Assembly (NCBI GenBank): GCA_001949185.1
Contig: BDGG01000015.1
Span: 67,036-131,035 of the forward strand
Direction: 5' to 3'
DNA: 64,000 bases
Source: Ramazzottius varieornatus
Lineage: Eukaryota; Animalia; Tardigrada
Positions 50,701 through 60,560 of this stretch are shown piece after piece. The notes beneath the pieces are model-generated. The model was not told the origin of the DNA, searched no databases, and saw only the letters and a list, made by a program, of their open reading frames with translations. Both the position numbers and the translations under genes were made by a program. Each line of letters begins with the position of its first letter. Positions within the stretch are counted from its first letter, which is position 1.

Positions 50701-53700
50701 TATTCAAACTGGGCCGAAGAAACCTATGTCTAGTTTTTTGCTGTGTAAAAAATGCAGTGAATTCTGTCCTTCGAGGGCTGCAAACTTAGCCGGCTCACGA
50801 TGCAGTTGTATAGTTAACCATGGCTGCGGCACGTATCACATGATTGACCGTTTGATAGTCAGTCGAGGCTATTAATATTTGTCGCGAGATTTGTCCGTCT
50901 CTTCAATTGAGAAATGCCCGGATCTTCTGAAGCTTCACGTCGAATATAAACGAAATTATTGGACAGCCTGTTATTTGAGGGATCGAACCGTTCGCATTTG
51001 GAGATAACGTCAGAAAAAACGGGGGAAACTTTGACGGCTAACCTTACATCCTCTCCTTCGGACGTGCAACAAATGGAGTCATCCGGAGAATAAATTTCAT
51101 ATATTCCCACCTGAAACCGTGTCTAGGGGGAGTTTTTTCAGCACCATCAGCGGAGCGGAGGACCTCCAGCCACTCGAGGGTACAAATTTCCAGATCAGCT
51201 GCTACGCTGTCACAGTTCTTCAAATGCAGTGGTGGAGCTCGGAAATTCGAGGGGTCCGAAAAATTTGCCGACCACTCGAATTTTCGAGCTCCACCACTGG
51301 TCAAATGTGTACTGATATGAAACGCAAACCTGCCCGATTTAAGTAAGCGACAAACTCGACGGGTTGAAAGGCAGAAAGAACATAGTCTGGTCCGAAGATT
51401 GATGGACTGGATCGTGCCACCTGATGCACTTTCACTTTTGGAGAAACCGGATCGGCAAAACGTTTCACTTACCTGCTACCGGAAGTCAGCTGCTCATCAG
51501 AACCACCGTAAGTGAAATTGGTTAAGAACTTTAATGAGTCATCCGCCGTAGTCTTGAATCTTGAAATATCAAGCGGTACAGCGAGTAGCCCATGCTTGCG
51601 CATTAGTTGATGAATATGCAACTGGAAAGCCCAAAAACGAATCATCGATTGATCACACTTGATAAACGCAGTTACCTAGAACTCAGTATGGGTACACGCG
51701 CGACGAGATACTATGAGCCCTTTCGCTACGACGGTACGGGCAGGTGATTCTTGCTACAAGTAAAAATCAACATCGAAGGCTGCAATGATGTACGTACGTG
51801 CTGGATATTGGGCCAAGGAGCAAACTTAAAGCCTGTCATATCTTTTATAGCGTTTAGATCTTCATTTTACCGGAACACGCAGATCTTCAACAGTTCAAGC
51901 TCTTTCAGAGTTTCTCCACGAGAAAGTCGAATAGCAATCGACAGCAGCGTTGAAGCGTAAGAGTAATAAAACAGCTAATCAGCTGATGGCCACTGTCCAT
52001 GACAATTTTCTACGGCTGAGTTTTACTCCGTTACGTCGCTTGTCCGATTTTCGTCTCTGACTTCGATAAAAATTGTAACTTCACCGTCTTTTCCGCCTGG
52101 TTCGTAATTTTTACTGGCCCATAATGTCTCGTCGTTCGTTTATGATTAATGTACGGTATACCGTATCAGCTTGGGATCGTGGACGCGGCCAGTGGCTACC
52201 GGGGTACAGTTTGTTGCAGTAAAAAGGCGCACGTTGCCAGTTGACGTAGCTCGTCGACCCATCACGATAATCCTGCGACACATTCAGACGAGTGAAGTAG
52301 CAAGCTGGTTCACCCACCCTCCATTCAAATTTGACCTTTCGGTTGGGGCACCTCAAGCTTGCAGGCCAACGCTTGTTATTAACTTTCATGTCTGAAAGCG
52401 ACAAGCACATAATTTCGGCTACTCAAACACGGAAGCCAGAGTACACGCCAATCTTTGCAGCTGTGGTTTCTGCGCTGGACACAGCCGCGTTTCACATTCA
52501 TACTTCTCTAATGATCAACCTTTCAATTCAAACTTTCCTTCAGACCGCTCGTTAACAGCGGTTCATTGGGTTGGCTGTTTTTCGAATAGAGAGGTGCAGC
52601 ATTTCACCTGACCAGGCAAAACGGATGTGCGATCGGTGAACAGCAACCGCAGTTAATGGCGACCCTGACTCCGTGTTATATTAACAATTCGGGATAATTC
52701 CCATTCATCAAAGGTCTTCAAATTGTGGAATAAATACGCCAATCGTAAGGGCGTGCTTGGACCTAATCACACCAGCGTTGTATGTAATTTCTCTATTTCT
52801 TTCTCATCGAATCTCGATTATGATCGGTTCAACTGTTTATTGTAAAGATTTAACACTTGCTTTCTTTCGAAACAGTGTGAGGCAGGCTAAACCAACTATC
52901 TCCTATCCTGTCGTGCAGAAAAGCTTTACGCTGGTTGGTTGAGCCTTGCTCAGTGGCCACATTTGCAGCTGAGCCCCGTTTCGCGAACTGAAGAGTCGGT
53001 CAAGATGGTCCTTGATTTCTAAAAGCTGAAATTCAAAACTCTATCAAACTTCAAGGGAGCGCAGTTTTCTGACTTTCTCTTGACCGCACTACCTGTAGCG
53101 AAATTCGACGCCGGCACGGCATCAAGAAGCAGCGTCTGACAAACGAGCTGCCGCACGTCTTGTTACCAAGACCGATCTGTCAGGATGCTGACGGTAAGGC
53201 CACTTCCGAGCAGGCCCATCCCATTTTAGAAAACAAGATCTCATTTACTAAGCGTCGCCGAGGCGATTTTTTCAGTTGATTTATGGCAGACATGTCAAAG
53301 TAACCGCCATGTGCGATCTTACATTATACTCAGTAGAAACGATGGTATCGAAATATTGCTTCTGACAAGAGACAGAATTTTTCGAAGTAAGCGCTCGGGA
53401 AACGGCAATTTCATACTGAGGGACCTGATAAAACAAAATTCATCCATCGGCTTACCCTCAATTTCCAATACATTCACCAATGCGGCCCGAGTTTTGCAGC
53501 CAACTGCGGCCCACGGTATCTTGTCACCTTCCAGATACACTTCCGTACGGTAAAACCCAAGCTGATCCTGGTAATCGAAATCCCCTCTGTGTAGAGGCTT
53601 ATACGCAAACTTTCGAGTCAGAGCCCAATCTCGGTAGTTGCAGTCAGTACTGGTCCTCCATCCACTGGCTGAGGGACGAAACCAATGAATTTTTCCATCC

Positions 53701-53848
53701 TTTCGACGAGTACAAATGTCGGTTCGTCGTTCGCGAGTTTTGGTTCTGGTGTCCGTTGTGAAATCGACATGAAAGTTGTGAAAGCGCATGTGTTTACCGT
53801 CATCCATCGGATAAATGGTTCCCATCAGTTGAACAGCAATGCTGTGTC
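23766..53848 (-). CDS. Large single-pass membrane protein: divergent C-type-lectin-like domains, tandem 6-Cys (EB-like) modules, Thr-rich mucin segments, Ca-binding EGF, two SEA-like domains, TM; >=2400 aa, 5' end unresolved
   Basis: 27 phase-consistent GT-AG exons: 53848-53456, 52391-52162, 51621-51473, 51110-51048, 50361-50102, 48768-48568, 45903-45775, 45037-44837, 44783-44628, 44523-44074, 42101-41931, 41784-41539, 41452-41231, 37741-37580, 37048-36902, 35497-35315, 35254-35105, 32061-31894, 31557-31289, 29169-29086, 28976-28912, 28567-28392, 27028-26445, 26383-25801, 25734-25188, 25097-24422, 24362-23766. EGF-Ca motifs CVDIDEC, CADVDEC and CVDLNEC; TM FGAYAGVFLGVSVIGWSA. The 3' EGF/SEA part is firm. 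The link to the lectin-like exons rests on phase compatibility. Confidence 0.75.
28392..29169 (-). repeat. Thr-rich (ACN)n mucin low-complexity coding micro-exons
   Basis: Exons 29169-29086, 28976-28912 and 28567-28392 encode poly-Thr/Pro tracts. Confidence 0.8.
30519..30891. mobile_element. Non-autonomous TIR element (intronic), related to 45155-45682
   Basis: ~32-bp inverted ends ATCTGCTGATGCCGAGTACTTTCGGCCTCCTG / CAGGAGGCCGAACGTACTCGGCATCAGCAGAT. The internal segment ATCCCGCTACCGGGGAAGATCAACTGATGGGATCTCTG is shared with 45295+. Confidence 0.7.
31109..31250. repeat. Diverged inverted repeat (old MITE remnant)
   Basis: ~55-bp arms AAGTCTGGACTGAGCG...CAACCGTAGAAAATT / AATTTTCTGCGGTTG...GGTCCATACTT with many mismatches. 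Confidence 0.5.
32274..34687 (+). mobile_element. Tc4/Tc5-like DNA transposon (pogo/IS630-Tc1-mariner group), defective
   Basis: ~149-bp TIRs (32274-32422 / 34539-34687) starting CGAGGGGATT. A TAA duplication (32271-32273, 34688-34690) lies in a C-TAA-G site. Contains a transposase. Confidence 0.92.
32583..34461 (+). pseudogene. DDE_1-type transposase (HTH + DD37D + C-terminal Cys/His), two introns, frameshifted
   Basis: Exons 32583-32700, 32772-33369, 33576-34461. Motifs FTASPYWVSKFKR-YYGIVDRKITK, WNTDQSGFEYEM, LLADSW and IQPLDV. An internal deletion/frameshift lies near 33850-33880 at a duplicated CACGAAAGTT, and a further frameshift near 34398 precedes CFHHFYDVHHFC. Confidence 0.85.
35975..36137. 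mobile_element. Tc2/pogo-type MITE (163 bp, TA TSD)
   Basis: TIR CGGTAAATATTCGCTGCATC / GATGCAGCGAATATTTACAG, with TA on both sides. Confidence 0.75.
37095..37542. mobile_element. hAT-type MITE with TTACA subterminal repeats
   Basis: Perfect 17-bp TIR TAATGATGAGCATTACA/TGTAATGCTCATCATTA and perfect 8-bp TSD CGGCTGCC (37087-37094, 37543-37550). Many TTACA/TGTAA motifs lie near both ends. Confidence 0.9.
38706..40491 (+). mobile_element. pogo/Tc2-like (DD35D) DNA transposon, full length
   Basis: ~32-bp TIR CTGTAATTTTTCGATATTTTCGCGCATCACGT with 2 mismatches, and TA TSD (38704-38705, 40492-40493). Confidence 0.92.
38918..40357 (+). CDS. pogo-family transposase (psq HTH, CENP-B HTH, DDE_1; DD35D), 417 aa, 3 exons, apparently intact
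   Basis: Exons 38918-39057, 39114-39396 and 39527-40357 total 1254 nt of open frame. Motifs GVPESTIRTWK, FKGSLGWVTKWKKRFRI, NMDQT, LIRDRAPAH and YQPLDVGVNFPFK. Confidence 0.85.
42750..43003. mobile_element. MITE with ~58-bp diverged TIRs
   Basis: GTAGCCGTCATATTTGCAATATGCT...AAATATTCATAGCATTT is mirrored by AAATGCTATGAATATTT...TTGCAAATATGATGGTTAC. Confidence 0.7.
44085..44360 (-). repeat. Thr-rich mucin coding tract
   Basis: Poly-Thr/Pro stretch inside exon 44523-44074. Confidence 0.85.
45273..45682. mobile_element. Foldback-type element with ~155-bp inverted arms
   Basis: AAGCTGAGATTACCT...AGGGAGCACGCAGTAGACCGG...CAGCTGTCAAT is mirrored by ATTGACAGCTG...CCGGTCTACTGCGTGCTCCCT...AGGTAATCTCAGCTT. 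Confidence 0.85.
49510..49615. repeat. Minisatellite, ~5 x 21 bp
   Basis: Units ending in (A/C)TGGTCAAA, e.g. CCCTCCTGTCAATTGGTCAAA and CTCTCCTGTAAACTGGTCAAA. Confidence 0.7.
50417..50730 (+). repeat. Interspersed repeat family copy 1 (~320 bp)
   Basis: Shares GACCAG.GTCA.GTGGCTACGTCAGAAA, CATCTGTCCGGACGCAAAACCCC and GCAAACTCACCA with the copy at 58445. Confidence 0.7.
51227..51299. mobile_element. 73-bp hAT-type micro-MITE
   Basis: ~30-bp TIR CAGTGGTGGAGCTCGGAAATTCGAGGGGTC, and 8-bp TSD TTCAAATG/GTCAAATG. Confidence 0.75.
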
Positions 53849-54327
53849 CTGTGACCCGAGAAAACGAATAGTGTGAGACAAATCAGACTGCGATCGTTCT
53901 CCGCTGTTTTCAGTAATTTCACAGTGCCGAAACTACAATACGAACCAACGTTCCCATCCCAACTCGGAATTTAATGGCATAATAACTTCAGCAATGAGGG
54001 GGCCGGAGATCTGCGGCTAATCGTCCCATAATATTTTGAGTTTAGCAGGAGGCGTTGGTGTACGTTGCATTTTTTACCTGTGCATTATGAACTGATCAAG
54101 CTGCGATAATGACTGGCCTCAAAGGCAAAGAGTTTCATAGCCAATCGCAGAGTAATTCGTCACACCAATTGGGTTTCGGCGGCCTACTTTCGTAAAGATC
54201 GATCGTTGGGGAAAGTTTTCAGGAATTAAGTTCTAACTTTTCGGACCGTAAGGGTCAACTTGAACTGCAGATAAATTTGGTGCAACACAACTCGAGGAGC
54301 ATAATGCTGAAGTTCATTGGAGGGCCT

Positions 54328-54655
54328 GACCAGTGGTCAGATGACTATGGCAGGAAAATGTCAGAGGATTCGAACTTTTGCTTGAGAAATTTTCGACATC
54401 ATAATGACGTCACACGGCGTAAAAATGCGCTGACACATGTTCTCACACAACGCCCCATGTGGAAACCTCACCTGTTAATCACCCCCAGAACTTGGAGGAA
54501 AATCTTCCCAGAAACGCGAACAGTTTGTAAGACTTCCACCCGTGGTGAAGCGTGGCGAGTTCACCACGCGATGTGCCTGATACTCCCAACAATCTGATGT
54601 CAGAATATACTTCGGGAGCAAAACAAATCTTGACGAAAATGGGCCGCGGAACCCA
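54328..54655 (+). repeat. Interspersed repeat family copy 2 (diverged)
   Basis: GACCAGTGGTCAGATGACTA start, with collinear GAACAGTTTGTAAGACTT..GCGAGTTCACCAC..TGGGCCG blocks. Confidence 0.5.
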
Positions 54656-55530
54656 ATTGCTGATGACGTATGTTTTGGGTAACGACCACGTTGGTCAAAT
54701 TTTTCGACATAAATTGTCTCAGACACCAGTATGTATTAAAAGCGTTTTGGTTTGATGAAATCTCCACCAGAACTCGAACTTTAATTACAAGTTAGAAAAC
54801 CTTCTGTTAGCTTCACTGCGGTGACACAAGATAGCAATCTATGGTGCTCAGTGACAGATATTCGTTTCAAGACATGGGGCTCGTTCTGGTGAAAGCGCTT
54901 ATGAGTCCGTTCAAACTAAAAACACCACTCTGAATATTTTCTCGAAGACGAAGCTTCTTTGTAACATGCAACTTCCGGACACCGTTCTGGGGTGAGCAAC
55001 CGACCTGAACGGATTGGGATCGAAAACAGGTATCAGGAAAAGCTCTGGTTTTGAGAAAGGTGGTTGGAAGATATTACTGAACGCGGGAATTAGCTAGTGA
55101 TGAAATTAAACATAAGACTTGTCAGAAAATGTTCTGGCATCACGCGGCTAACTGCCGGAATGTCATGTCAAATCATCATCTGACATGCCTATCAGCCGGC
55201 CACCGACTTGGCTCGATCTTTCAACCGAAGACGGAACCGAGTCGGTTTTGTAAATCATCAGTCCGAGTGGACCCGATCGTCGAAAATCAATAAAAGTCAG
55301 CTAAAGAATCAATCGAATAAAAATCAGCGGAAAAAATCAGTGCATATCAGGCAACCAATCGCATAGACAACCCACGGCGGACTTCCTCGGTCATGTAATC
55401 AACTGTCGTTCTAATTGATCGATTTGCTAAATCGAAGTGCACAGGTGATGCGCACACATGTGCAGTTTTGTGACTCACAGTATGTACAGGCACTAACATG
55501 CCCTAGTGCGGTGTGCTCCGAATCTACTTA

Positions 55531-55782
55531 CAGTGACAATCCTCACTTCTTTAGCACGTCACAAAGCGGGGTTCGACACGCTGAAGCGTTCTAGTAGGTA
55601 GTTTGCGAATGGCAAACGTATGCGTCAGCACAGTCATGTGACAGCTGGCCGCGCTGTCGAGCGACACTTTTGGCTTTTTTCTGCGTTTGTTTGATTTTCC
55701 AGAAACAATTTTGAAGCTCTTCGCACATTCTTTAATACGCGGCACTGTCTGTGACGTACTAAAGAAGTGAGGATTATTACTG
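55531..55782. mobile_element. Tc1/mariner-pogo-type MITE (252 bp, TA TSD)
   Basis: 33-bp TIR CAGTGACAATCCTCACTTCTTTAGCACGTCACA with 3 mismatches, and TA flanks. Confidence 0.85.
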
Positions 55783-56010
55783 TATTTGTTTCCATGGGCC
55801 CGCATACGTTCTGAAGTGCACGCAGCAGAGAAAAGGTACAGGTACACGTACACGTACAGGTACAGTGCCCCACTTTAGCACTCCGACATGGTCCCCATTG
55901 GTTAAGTCGTACCACGTAACCATCGTACTACCGACAGTTATAATTCTTGGTTAATAATGTTCTTCGATATTTCATGACCGTACTTGCTCAACGAAAACGA
56001 ATCTACGACG

Positions 56011-56541
56011 CTATAATACAGAAACGCGACGCGTTGCAACTTGCACGCGGACAACCATGAATGGCCTCGCTCGCTCAGTCCCACACACATAGCCAAAATT
56101 ATTGCTTGCAGCCGTTTGACTAAAACGTCGAGAATTTTTGTTCAGGCTCAACGAACCGGTTCTGTGGTAGAGAGGTTTCGCTTCGTCCTTTGCGTAGTCA
56201 ACGTGATAAAGCTGGCCCCTTTCACGGAAGTCGGGATGGTTTGGCTGACCATACACACTAAAGTTTTCGCTGCGGTCGAATCGGACGCGGGTCATACCGT
56301 CCTCAAAATCACGGCGAGTGTAGCTTCGATTACCTGTAGCCAGTGGCATACCGTGTCTGTGGCCCATTTCGAATGGATAAGGATCGTTGTACCTAAACAG
56401 AAAAAACCTTAGATTCTTCGTAACACAGATAGAGTTCTAAACATCAAAAGTGAGCGAAACTGCTCGTTGAACTCTGAGATGGAAATGGCTGGTACTCACT
56501 GATACAGTTCTATACGAGTTTCACGCCGTACGTTATCATAT
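56011..56541 (-). CDS. Probable further 5' exons (C-type-lectin-like) of the large membrane-protein gene or of a neighbouring paralog
   Basis: The 42-nt exon 56541-56500 splices in phase to an exon starting at 56392: YDNVRRETRIELYQYNDPYPFEMG..ENFSVYGQPN..NNFGYVCG. The downstream donor is unresolved. Confidence 0.45.
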
Positions 56542-56611
56542 CTGTGAAAGCTGAACCAAGGTGCCGAAATTACCCAGACCAACCACAACGGATCACGCGG
56601 CGTTAACATTA

Positions 56612-56901
56612 CGAGGGAAAGGTTGTAAAGTTAGCCGTCTAAGTTCGCCTGTTCTCTACTACTCAATCCCAAACTTTTAAGGATAGATCGACAGATAAAA
56701 TAATGAGCTGTCGAATGGTAATAGGCACAGCCAACACGAGAAGTCAGAGAATCCAAGAGATCCGCAGTTAAAAGAACGTTGAAATCTCATGTTAAACAGC
56801 CAAGACTGACAATCAAATAGTCAATCAAGCAATAGACGCCACAGCCGTGGCTAACTTTACAAACCCAGTATGGGGTGGCTAAGTTTACAACCTTTACCTC
56901 G
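56612..56901. mobile_element. mariner-type MITE (290 bp, TA TSD)
   Basis: TIR CGAGGGAAAGGTTGTAAAGTTAGCC / GGCTAAGTTTACAACCTTTACCTCG, with TA flanks. Confidence 0.8.
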
Positions 56902-58165
56902 TACATGAGGCGGATGTAAAGTCACAGGCAGACATAGCCGCATCACTCGAACGTAAATCAAACCGAGTTTCTAGAAATGGTGATGAAATTCTAACATCGA
57001 GAAGCTCTTTCAGTTTGCATTCGTCCGGCGTTTGCATTAAGCATGACCAGTTCCGTATCACCCATTTTCACAACTTTCCGACATCTCGATTCGGCCAGTT
57101 TATTCTGGGCAAAATTATTGTTACCCCGTAAAACCCGAAAGGAAGATCGGTATCCACTGGAAAATGATTGTGCGGAAGATTAGCGCACTCCCACAAACTT
57201 TGTTGATCCCAGGTAAATATAACAGAGTTTTCAGTTTAAATTCCGTAGCAGCACATGAGAAGCAGAGTGGACAGGCACTGCGCGCACTCTCTTTCAATCT
57301 TCCACAGGGATGACTTCAGAGCAAAAGATCTCCAGAGCGGAGAAGAGTTGCCCAGTCTCCCACGGTAGGAAGCATATCTTCTTGCCCGTGTGGCGCCTCG
57401 AAAACATTTAGTCTTGAATGACCCAAAAGTTTGGTTGTCCACGCTTCAGACAAAACTATTCCTGCTTTACCGCAGAGCTAAGAACCTCAAAACAGCGAAG
57501 CGCCAGACGACAACCTGAGTTGGCAAATCGATAGACCAAGAATTCAGGACAAAAGAACAGGGGGAGGGCAACTATGAATAATTGAAGTTGACGTGTTTCC
57601 AGGAGTAGCAAGTCATACTTCCGCACCTAATAACTAATCTTGATTATTTACAATAATCATTTCGTTTTTTGTCTGTATACAATAGAACAATCGTTGTGGT
57701 GGAACGTAATTGCAGTTGAGTAAATAATACTTCCACCTTTTTCGTAGTTTATCCTTAGGTAAATCAGGCTTCAAAGCCTTCTGTGAGAACGTGATTGCGC
57801 CTTGGCGTTCAGAGGGAGGGTGGTAATCTCTGGCCTTTGATGAGCGGAAACAGCGGCATTTTCGAACGGCCGAAAGGTATGCTACAGCCTCATTTGCCGG
57901 CTTGCAATGGGCATTGCAAACTCTTCACCCGCTTTATTTTGAGGAGGCTTCGCACACCTGCTTTTACCACAAATAGTCACACCACATGCTGATCAGGGAA
58001 CACCACCGGGGAACATCGGAAGCTATACTTGGGTATCGGCGGCCCAATTTGAAGCCCAACGCCCTGCAGCCAAATTGTTCAGAATCGACTTAGAGTTCTG
58101 GGACCCCAAGGGTAAAGTTAAACTGCTAATGCAGTCTGGTGTAACAGACGTCGAGGAACACAGTA

Positions 58166-58422
58166 CAGTCCGGTCGTTCAAAATCCGTACCAAATTTTCG
58201 GACTTCTAATACGCGATAATCATTCAAAGTTAACCGCACAGCTCGCCGTCCTCACAAAGACGGTTGTCAGCGACTTGATTACTTGATTACCCTAGTTAAA
58301 GCACGGTGTGATGCATGTGTTATTTAATTTTGGCACTTAGCTTGGCATGCAGTATGGTGAATGTATGGCGGACCCTAAACTGAAATCCAAAAATTTGGTA
58401 GGGATTTCGATCGACCGAACTG
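58166..58422. mobile_element. Tc1/mariner-pogo-type MITE (257 bp, TA TSD)
   Basis: ~41-bp TIR CAGTCCGGTCGTTCAAAATCCGTACCAAATTTTCGGA mirrored at the right end, with TA flanks. Confidence 0.8.
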
Positions 58423-58444
58423 TACTGGGTTCATTTGGTCGTTT

Positions 58445-58780
58445 GACCAGTGGTCAAGTGGCTACGTCAGAAAAATCTGAAGGGGCTCGAAATTTTGAAT
58501 GAAAAAGAATTGGTGACGTCATAAAGCGTTAGCATGCGTATCCATCTGTCCGGACGCAAAACCCCGTGTGTGTGTCATCTCAGCTCGTAATCATCCCGCG
58601 GAATTTGCGGGAAAACCTTGCCAAAAGGGGGAACAGTTTTGTGAGACTTTGAGACACGGCGAGGTACAGCAAACTCACCAAGTGGTGCCCTTCGATATTA
58701 TTCATAACTTCATGTCGAAAACGGGTCGTTGGGAATCAAAATATTTGGGCTGCAACTTGGGCCGCCGATACCCGTTTACT
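58445..58780 (+). repeat. Interspersed repeat family copy 3
   Basis: Collinear with 50417-50730. Confidence 0.7.
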
Positions 58781-59439
58781 GTTCACTACCAGTTTCACAG
58801 GCGAGAAGTTACGCTGCCATACAATCGTTAAAAGAGGTAACAATAGTTGTTCATCTACGATGTTTTCTCTAGCATCGTGATTTCATCTCGCCGACTGAAC
58901 TTGCCACACCACAGCTGAATCTTTCGTTATCGTAACGTTCTGTCTACGCGCCCATCTTGCACCAGCTAACGGCGGTTCAACTTCTCCACTACCGAGGAGC
59001 CACCATCGATCGTATCTGCCTGAACTTTCTGATGATGAGCCCAACTGCTGGTAAGCTTTTAGGCGGAGGCATATTTCATTGCGAATGATCGCAATGAACA
59101 GCGACCAACTTACGTTGTACCGGCATGTGTACAGCCGTCATGACTGTGACATTGTGATATGTAACATGTCCGAGTTTTATATTACAGTTAGGCCGGCGAA
59201 AGTGTGACATTTTGAGGACTGACCATCACGATTGGGTAGTGTCAAGTAGAAACCCTAAATCATGAATTTTTTCCAACTGTTCAGGAATCGACTTTTTGTG
59301 TCTGGGCACCTGAGGGCGATCCGAGGGTTTCTGTACGATGCGATAGAGCAACTCAAGAGCTTTCTATCGCGCTTTACAGAAATTTTATCAGAAATATGAG
59401 ACGGAAGATCTTGACGGGGCAACCAAGGGTGAGAAAATG

Positions 59440-60560
59440 AAAATTTCGAAATTCCCTCGTCCATCAGGAAGAAATGGGTCTTGAACCTCGTTTCATCGAC
59501 GAAGTGACATTTTCAGGAGAGTCTGTAAAAGCTGGAATTATTAAGTTATTGCTATTAATTCAGGTCATCGCTCTCACCTTGAAATAAGAAGGACCAGCTT
59601 GATCCGCGTGGTCGCTCTGCGCGAAATCAAATGTGATGACACGCGTTCCCTTTACACCGGGAGGGAACTGCTGGTTGTCGGACGTGATGTGCTTTGCATA
59701 GAGTTCCTTGCTGGCTAAAATGCGAGCCGTATACGCAGCTCGTTCGCCCTTGGCGTGCTTCCGGTGAGCGTCCCATCGCTGTCGCAGATCGTACACAACC
59801 TTCCCCATGCGGCTGCCATTGTAAATCTGGCTGATCAGTTGGTCACAAGTACCACACAAGTCAGTGCGTAGTCCGCGGATTTTAACGTGTCTGACAAGTC
59901 TGCGCCACACCGAGCAAAATGTGCTTCTTGAAAATGGCTGTTTTATCGTGCCGTCTTCGTTTGGAGTGCCGTGTTTCTTACAGAACATGTCAAACAAGAA
60001 AGTTCTGCTAAAGTCCGAAGGTAGGTAGATGGAGGGAAGTTGAATGGCAGCTCTTGTCGGCGTTGGCATGGGCAGTCCGAAAAGCGACGCCTTTTCCAGG
60101 AGGAAGTTAACAATCCATAGGGACTTTTCCGGTTTTAACGTGTTTCTTTTTTGACCGATGTGACTGTGTTTGGGCAAATGAAAACCTCCGTTTCTAATAC
60201 AGTCTCTCAGTCACTTCAGACGGGAGTCTCTGATGTTGTTGACGTACTTGAAGCCACCACGGCAGAGGTCAAACCCGTACGCAAACTGATACTTGGCTTC
60301 GCGAGGATCATCTTCAGTTTTATCCCTTGAGAATGCAGTGATGAGGAAGCCGATCAGGACGGCGAAGCGTTCACTACGGCTCAGGTCAAACAGCCTGTGA
60401 CGGCGATTGATACATTGCTCTCGTGTCAGATTGCTACAATCTTTGTTGCATTGGTAATGCTGCTTGAGCGTTTCGTATTCGGCGTCTTCCTTCTCCGCAT
60501 TCCACTTCTTTACTCTTTTTCCGCGACCTCCAGCCTCTTGCACATAACTCGGTCAACGAT
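59440..60560 (-). pseudogene. Decayed Sola-like DDD transposase
   Basis: ORFs 60543-60211 and 60177-59560 are one frame split by a single TGA. Motifs CRGGFKYVNNI..RL, GLPMP..YLPS, STFCSVW..RTDLCGTC, H..HAKGERAAY and TFDFAQ..QAGPSYFK are followed after an intron by a remnant HFFLMDEG. The C-terminal catalytic part is deleted. Confidence 0.65.
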
